Program-made: the position numbers and the translations under genes
Shown: positions 55,840 to 64,000 of the stretch, one piece after another
Layout: every line of letters begins with the position of its first letter
Numbering within the stretch: the stretch's first letter is position 1
NCBI RefSeq assembly: GCF_009914755.1
Contig: NC_060926.1
Length of the DNA stretch: 64,000 bases
From: the human T2T-CHM13v2.0 reference genome, Homo sapiens
Direction: 5' to 3' (one strand)
The notes under the pieces: model-generated
The model's input: only the letters and a program-made list of their open reading frames with translations
The model's database searches: none
Told to the model about the DNA's origin: nothing

Positions 55840-57360
55840 TTAGGAAGAATTGGGTATTCAATAGGATGGTAGATTTGAACAAACAAGAGAAATAATTAGT
55901 AAACATGAATACAGATTGATACAGATTATGTAATCTAAAGAATGGAGAGAAGGTAGAGGGAATGGAGATGCATGGAGCCTCAGGGAAATGTGGGACACCA
56001 TTAAGTGCACCAAATATGCAGAATGAGAGCACCGGAAGAAGGTGAAGGAGAGAAAGCATTAGGAAAAAATATATATATGTATGTATTTGAAAAATAATGG
56101 CTGAAAACTTATCAAATTTATTTTTTAAAATTCAATCTACATATCCAAGAAGCTCAACAAAATCCAAATAGGATAGCACAAATAGATATACAAAGAGGTA
56201 TATCATAAGATGCTGAAAGTTAAATACAAGGAAAAACTCCGAAAGCAGCAAGAGAAAAAGGACTCAGCACTAGAAGGTGGTGGAATAACATATTCTTAGA
56301 GCTCAAGGGAAAAAAATTGACGAACAATTCTATATCCAGCAAAGCTATCTATGAAAAGTAAAGATAAAAGACTTTCCTAAAAAAGAAAAAAATAGAGACT
56401 TTATTGCTTTGAGACCTGCCTTACAAGAAATACTAAGAAACTTCTTCAGGCTAAAAGCAAATGACCCACACATGGTAAATCATCCACATGAAAAAGCAAA
56501 GGGCACTGGAAAAGGCAATTCTGTCATTTTTTTCTGTCTTTTTTTCTCCTAACTGATTTTACAAAGGTAGTCATAGAAAATAAAATAATACAATATATTG
56601 CTGGCTGTATTAGTTCTCATGCTGCTAATAAAGACATACCCAAGACTGGGTAATTTATAAAGAAAAAGAGGTTTAATGGACTCACCACTCCACATAACTG
56701 GGGATGCATCTCACAATCGTGGCAGAAGGCAAAGGAGGAGAAAGGCATGTCTTACATGGTGGCAGGCAAACGAGAGCTTGTGCAGGGGAACTCCCATTTA
56801 TAAAACCGTCAGATCTCATGAGACTTATTCACTACCGCAAGGACAGTGTGGAGGAAACTTCCCCTATGATTCAATCATCTCCACCTGGCCCCATCTTTGA
56901 CATGTGGAGATTATTACAATTGAAGGTGACATTTGGGTGGGGACACAGCCAAACCATATCATTGCTCATGTAACATATGGAAATATAATGTGTGTAATAT
57001 AGTTGCCATTAAGATCAAAGTTGTTTTGGGTTAAGGGAATGATGCCAGAGGTTAACTGAAATCCATGGAAACAAAGAAAACCAAAGATGAAAAATAGGAG
57101 GATTAATATAACAAAAGCTGTAAATATATATTTGTTAGTCATTCTTCTTTCAGCTTCCTTAGAAGACATAAAATTACACATAGTAATCAATATAACAATG
57201 TATTGTTGGCTTTGTTGCATGCCGAAGTTTAATATGAATAACAATAATATGAGGAAAAAAGGCAAAGAGTCATGTTTGTATGCATAAGTTGACATTACTA
57301 CAAACCAACTAGACCCCAGAGACATCTGTAGAACATGCCACTCCACAACAGAGAAACATT
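55840..57360 (+). mobile_element. Old L1M ORF1/inter-ORF fragment interrupted by THE1D
   Basis: gagcctcagggaaatgtgggacaccattaag...atggctgaaaactt...ccaagaagctcaac...ttctatatccagcaaa...gacctgccttacaagaaatact. Confidence 0.8.
56606..56961 (-). mobile_element. THE1D-like solo LTR
   Basis: tgtattag...gctaataaagacatacccaagactggg...cctggccccatctttgacatgtggagattattacaatt...ccaaaccatatca. Confidence 0.9.
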
Positions 57361-57421
57361 CTAATCTCAGTCATATTTTCTCTCTGTCTCCCTCAAAGTA
57401 TGCAGAAACTTAACGTTTATG

Positions 57422-58083
57422 TTTTTTTTTTTATAATTTCAACTTTTATTTTAGATTCAGGGAGTACATGTGCAGGTTTGTTACATGAGTAGGACGTGTG
57501 ATTCTTAGGCTGGGAGTACGATTGATCCGGTCACTCAGGTGCTGAGCTTAAATTCCAATAGTGTTTCAACCCTTGCCCCCCACCTTCTCTCCCTGCTTTA
57601 GTAGTCCCGTGGTGATTGTTGTCATCTTTACGTCCATGTGTACCCAATGTTTTTATATGTGAACATGTAGTATTTGGTTTTCTGTTCCTGCATTAATTGG
57701 CTTAGGATAATAGTCTAGCCTCCAGCGGCATCCATGTTGCTGCAAAGGACGTTATTTTATTCTCTTTCATGGCTACATGGTATTCCATGGTGTATATGTG
57801 ACACATTTTCTTTAACCAATCCACTGTTGATGGGCACCTAGGCTGATTCTATGTGTTTGCCATTATGAATAGTGCTGCATGTATCTTTTTGATAGAATAA
57901 TTTATTTTATTTTGGGTATAAACCCAGTAATGAGATTGCTGGGTCAAATGTAGTTCTAAGTTCTTTGAGAAATCTCCAAACTGCTTTCCACAATGACTGA
58001 CACTAACAGTATATAAGTGTTTCCTTTTCTCCATAACCTTACCAGCATCTATTGTTTTTTTGTTTTTTCACTTTTTAATAATA
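57422..58083 (-). mobile_element. L1PA15/16-like 3' end
   Basis: ttcaacttttattttagattcagggagtacatgtgcaggtttgttacatg...catccatgttgctgcaaaggac...gagaaatctccaaactgctttcc. Confidence 0.88.
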
Positions 58084-60319
58084 AGGATGCAAGAAGTTTA
58101 CACCAGTTTCATTCAGCGAGTCCAAATCTAGTTTCCTAAAACACATGGGGATATGTGGACCTTCTTTACCCCACGGCAGCTAAACTTCCAAGTACCTCCA
58201 TCTGCCTTTGAACGGAACAGCCAAGTGATTTATGACATGTCACTTACCACTAAGTTTTTTATCCCCAGATATGATATTTTATCCCTGATAAGGGCCATGC
58301 ATTTAAGAGTAATATTATCACTTTTACTGTGATTAGATTAAGTTGGAAATGAAACCAAGAAATTAAAAAATTTATAGTGCCATCTTTCCCACAACTCTCC
58401 TCCATAAATCAATGCTCCCAAACACACACATTAACTTTTAGCAAATAACAGATATGTTATTAATATTTTTCTTATAAAATCTCAACTTGAAATTAACATT
58501 TCAGGTTGTTTTGAAGGTTCATGCACCAAATGTATTTAATCAAGTGTACATTCTGCCATGATTCAGTGCTCAAGTAGACCATGTAAACAATACTATTTCA
58601 GCATGGAACATAATTACACTGTCAAATTCAAAACATTCTAATACTGCAATAGTCTCAGCACCGAAAGCTCTATTATATAAATTTCTTCATGCATCTGTCT
58701 CCACCGTTTAGAATGTCAGGCCTCTAAAACCAAGGAACATATCTTATGTAAGCTCACACATTAAGCAGAACTTGTTATATTTAATTCAAATTGGTTAAAT
58801 ATATGTAGATGTACACAAAAAGGACAATGTGTATATCCTCTACACTATAACAATAGAACAATGCTGATGGATAAAAATCTTAAAGTTTTGTGAATAGTAT
58901 TACCTGGAAAGAGAAATTATTAACTGCTTAGGTATTAGAATTTAAAAAAATTAATTTCTGATCTTCCAGAATTATCAAAATGATCACTGAGACCTCCAGG
59001 TTACTCAGCAAAGGCAGCACTGCTTCTTTGGAACCCATAACCATGGAAATGCTTTGACAGCCTTTCTTAAACTCCCACCAAGACAGTGAGTATCCAGACA
59101 ACATCTTCAATGAGAAACTTTTCTTGATAATTCTGGAAGTGGTTCTACTGTGTTCTGGAAAGACCCCAAGTATACCTCTATCAGACCACTTACCAGGACA
59201 TATACTAGTTTTCTTAATGTTTTTCTTTTGTAGTTGACACTAGTTTTCCCTGTAAACTATCGGTTGGGGAGAAAAAAATAAATTATTTTTCTACTCTGAA
59301 AATGTAGCTTTCTCAGGGCCATTATAGAAGAGGTCAACAATTATTTATGGTATTAAACAGAATACGTTCTGGTCCCAGCTCATTCACATAATTCATCTAC
59401 AGTGCCACTAGACGATATTACATGTGCATTTGTGTCCATTGGGTGTGCACATACAGGGCTGTATAGTCATAGAGATGACACTAGAAGTTAAGAAGTATTC
59501 AAAGCCATGGTATGTGTCCATCATTATTTGCTATCTGCACTGCATTACACTAGTCACATTAGATCTCACAACGGCCACTGTAATTTGTCCACAATTTCAC
59601 GGAAATATTTATAATCTCACTAGAAGATGTTTTGACACACGGTTTGATTCGGGTACTTATATTTTGATACGTTTATTAGAAAGACCCATTACACTGAAGT
59701 CACACTTCAGAGAAATAAGCTTCATTTGGCTTTCATTTGCAGTTAGAAACCTCAGAAAAAACTACTGAAAATATTTTCAAGACAAAGTAGAATAGACTCA
59801 AATTAGTCATATCAACTTTTTATGGGTTCATAGTGCCCATCTGTGGAAAATTATGGCCCATAAGAAATGAAAATGAGTTAGTTATAGAGTAAAGGGATAC
59901 TAATCAAATATTCCAAAAATAAGAGCAAAATCTCTGAGCATTAATTTATTTACAGCATGAATAATTTAATATCCACCTTAGATTTAATTACAAGTCATGG
60001 TCAATTAACTAATTTAGTAACAATGTGCAAATAATGGATAATTTCTGTGCACAAGATAAGACTTTAAGAATTAATGTAATATCAAAGGAATTTTAAATAA
60101 TGGACTGTTTTTCAAACATTTCTGACAATAAAATATATTATGAGAATGTAGAATAAATTTTTTGTCTTTTTAACTTTGTAACTTGGGTTGAATATAAATA
60201 TTGTCCGTAGAATTTTCTTATACATTCTGCAAAACGTTAGAGCAATAACAATAAGTTCATTTGTCTAAATTGTATTTTGTTGTAACTATCTATTTACACA
60301 ATAAAGAAAGCCAATATTC

Positions 60320-60510
60320 GACTTACACTCTACAAAACACTGTTCTGAGTGCTTTTCTTTATAAATTCATTAAATTCCTACAATAACACATTAATATATG
60401 TATTATTCTAGTATTAATTCAGTTTGCAGCTCAGAAACTGAGGCATAGAGAAGATACAAACGTGCCCATGAAATAAAAGGCTGGTGCAAACTCAGTCTGA
60501 CTTTAAGGAC
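60320..60510 (-). mobile_element. MIR
   Basis: cactgttctgagtgcttt...attcctacaataac...agaaactgaggcatagaga. Confidence 0.7.
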
Positions 60511-62114
60511 TGCCATTGAAAATGTCAGACTACATGGAGCTCAGCTTAACACCTGTACTTAGAATAGATATACTACTACTAATAATAAAATGATAATATG
60601 CTGATTAACATTAAGAGATACTTTCAGATGGGCAGTCACTGTAATGGGCAATTATCACTCTAATGAAGAACTAAGCTGTCCATTTTGAAACTTCATTATT
60701 TCCTAAGCGGAACTCAGGGCACCTGGGAAAGATCTCTGCTTAGCTGAGTATGAATCTCTGACCTCTAATAAATACAAGTGCTAATTTCTTTGTCTATGCA
60801 GCAATTGGAGCAAGGAACGTTTAGAAAGTTAGTAAGACCAAAATTTGAATCCTGGTATTATCACTTGGTAACTTTGAAATTTATGTAGAACTGTTTTTTT
60901 AAATACCTATCTGCTTCAATCTTATTCTGCTAAGTGGGGATAATGATACCTAATTTATAGTGTGAAAATTACGTGAATCGCATAAGTAACTCTGCCTGGT
61001 ATGGGATCTAGCTGTATACATTTTAATTTGGTGTTCAATATAATTTAGTCTTCTCCACACACAAAGAAAATATTTGGGGAAGATAAACAAGATTTTTGCT
61101 TTGCTCTTTACATCTTGCAGTTATGAAAATATTATAAAATGCAATTATTTGCCACAATAGGAAAAGACAGTTGTGGCTGAATTTTTAACACTACTTTGAT
61201 TTTCAATATGGTTTTGTTACATAGTTTATACAATAAATTAAAATGAGTAAAAAATCGTTTTCTTATTTGTTGGTTTAGTTTTTATCCTTTTAAAATTAAT
61301 ACTTAATCCATTTAGAAAAAATCAATGGGTTGCTACTGAAAAAAGAAAGTGCCTATTAAATGCTCATTTGAACCACAGCTTCAAAGCAGAATTGAGTTAA
61401 TTTGGTAGTTAATTCTTTTTTTTAATCTATGTTACTCCTCAAGGCACTTTATAACTAAGAACTGAGTATTTTGTGGAAGCTTTTTTGTCCATAATAAGTA
61501 AATATATCTCTTATGCTTTCAACATAACTGTAGCTAAGAGCAGTTTGCCCAGTCATTCCCTCTAATAACTCGTGTCCCAGTAAACTAATCCCAAGAGCCT
61601 GCAGGAGAGAAAATGTGTCTCAGTGGCATTACTGAGCCTTGGGGGAATTCTTAGTGAGGAGGCCCCTGATTCCTGCTGAAAATACCTGTCTTCCCTATAG
61701 AACAAAATTACAAGTCCTGAAAAGAAATGTGCTACATGCTAGATTGAATTTCTTCATCATTGCATATATCGTTAACGGATGTTTTTGCCAAGATGGCAAG
61801 TAGAAAATCAAATACCATGTATTGAACCATAAAAGCACACTACCTTGGGCAATACCATGTATTGGGGCACTTGTTTAAATAAATTCAATTAAAAATGTAT
61901 GCACACTCACATAGAGCAAGTAAGAGAGGGAAAGAGAGAGAGAATAAGAAGTATTTGTTTTTACTTCTAGAAAATGTGATTTTGGCTTTTGTATTTTTTC
62001 ATAGGTTATGTGACTAATATCCAGGTTGATTGTTACATGTAACTAGAACCCTAATTAGACTTTGTACATTCTAGTAAAGTTTACACCAAGAGAAGTCAGA
62101 AAATATATAATTCA

Positions 62115-62355
62115 GTTTAGAATAGAATTTAAGAACATGGGCTTTGGAGTAGAAACTATTAGGTGTGTGTCTCACTTTTTCTTTTATGAAGTATTTGAAT
62201 ATAGCAAATTATTCAACCTACATAAATCTCAACTTCATGATGTATACAATGGACATAATGATATCTCATAGTTTTCTTATAAAGATAAATCACATGATTA
62301 TGTAATTAGCACAGTGTCTTTCATAGGATCAATATTCAATAATTATTAGCTATTC
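62115..62355 (+). mobile_element. MIR
   Basis: ttaagaacatgggctttggagt...gcaaattattcaaccta...ttagcacagtgtct...tcaataattattagct. Confidence 0.7.
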
Positions 62356-62794
62356 AATCGTAGAAGGAGAAATAGAAAACCTCCTTAGAGGTAATATAGC
62401 CTTTAAACTGATTGGGCCAGAGTGGTCATACAAAAATGTTAGGAAAGGCTTTCAAGAAAATAAAAGCAATATTGGCAAAGGCTAAGAGAAAAAGGTTTAT
62501 GTTGAATGTATGCAAAATATAAAGATTTTAATTAGGCTACATTGTTAGTGTATGAATAGTTTTGTTAACGTAATATGGCATATTGTTCTATCAGTTACCA
62601 AAAGACATTTTAAAATTCTTCAGTGTGATTCTGTATTTGCCTGTTTCTCATGCTCTTTCTATTTTGCCTTGTATATTTTGAGGTCGTGTTTTTAGAAGCA
62701 TATATTTTAGTGTTTTTATATCTTCTTTTTTAGTTTAACCACCATCATTATATTATCTCTCATTGGAAGAGCTTTTCAATTGCATTATTCTTTA

Positions 62795-63720
62795 CACATG
62801 CTGAACCATTAAACATGTCTCAGTAAATTTAGAAAGGATTGGAATCATACAAGCAAATGAACTCTGAAAAAAATTGAGTTAAACTAGAAATCAGTATTGA
62901 AAATATACCTGGAAAATTCCCAAATACTTAGAAAATAAGCCCCATACACTTAAGTAATCCACGAGTCAAAGCTATAGTCATTAGGTAAATTACAAAGATC
63001 AATTATACTCCTATATATTAGCAAACAATATTTGAAAGCTGAAAAATTTTAAAACCAAATCAATCACATAGAATTAATGGAAAAATATAAGGATAAATTA
63101 AATAAAATATGTGCACATTCTATACAAAGAAAATGACCAAAAAATTTTGATGTACATAAATAAAATTAGAAATACGTCAAGTCCTTGGATCAGAAGACTC
63201 AATATTGTTGAGATGCCGATTTTCATGAAATTGATCTTTAGATCCAATATTATCTCAATCGAAATCTCAGCAGGCCTCTTTACAGAAACTACCATGAAAA
63301 AGCAAAAAACACTGGCAAACCAAAACAGTTTCTCTATATCAACGTTGGAGGACTCACATCATCTGATTTTAAGATGTATAGTTATATATTATCCACATAT
63401 AATTGATGTAGAGATTAATGGAACTGAAAAAGAGTGCAGAAATAGATCCACACATACATGGTCTATTGATTTTCAAAGATGTTGCTGAAGTAATTTTATG
63501 TAAAACGACAGTCCCTTCAATAAATGGTACTTATACAATGGTACATTCATATAGATTTCAAAGAAATGAAGTAATACATAACGTATTTTCCAATTATAAT
63601 ACAATTATGCTAAAATCGAAGATTATAATTCAATGTTTGAAAATAGAAGCATAATTCTAAATAACCCTTCAGCCAAAGAAAATATTGGGTTTAGAATATT
63701 AATTTGAACCTTATTATAAG
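62795..63720 (+). mobile_element. Juxtaposed old L1M ORF2 fragments
   Basis: ORF 63111-63488 contains PWIRRLNIVEMPIFMKLIFRSNII (L1 ORF2-like); endonuclease-region fragments lie on either side. Confidence 0.75.
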
Positions 63721-64000
63721 TTCTGTGGTAATGATCTACAGAAATAATTTAAAGAAAAAAGTTTTTAAGGCTGACCTGACAAAAAAAGAGTCTCTTCTTA
63801 AGACTGTATCCAATTAACACTTAAAACATCTTAAACATATGCTACGATATTTCATGTTTCTTTCATACTTTACTTTTCTCCTGATTGATACTAAATATTA
63901 AGAGTTTAGAATTAATATATCATGTCTGTAAAAGAGAAGGTTTAGTCTTTCAGTTCAGGAAAACATTTGATTGGTAGATAAAATCATTCCAGATAATACT

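Overview
AT-rich, CpG-poor primate genomic DNA, most likely human judging by AluY/Yb8-type and L1PA2-type diagnostic bases. It is intergenic or deep intronic. I find no credible protein-coding gene, RNA gene or CpG-island promoter. The ORFs I can interpret are L1 ORF2 remnants, Alu/MaLR read-throughs or low-complexity sequence; the rest look like chance ORFs. The window is a layered repeat landscape: about 10 Alus, young and old L1 fragments (including a twin-primed, 5'-inverted L1PA with intact TSDs), many MaLR/ERVL solo LTRs, an ERVL gag remnant, Tigger1/MER2/MER8/MER3 DNA transposons, and MIR/L2. I see no evidence of a new multi-gene system. The most unusual items are structural: (i) a 370-bp nest of perfect palindromes at 8.07-8.45 kb; (ii) a pure-AT 28-bp palindromic VNTR bracketed by inverted arms at 20.27-20.70 kb; (iii) a three-monomer chimeric AluY/Yb8-like element inside a single TSD pair; (iv) an MSTA LTR whose terminus suggests non-canonical solo-LTR formation; (v) a well-formed 108-nt candidate exon. 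Repeat subfamily names come from my recollection of consensus sequences, and boundaries of old repeats are approximate.
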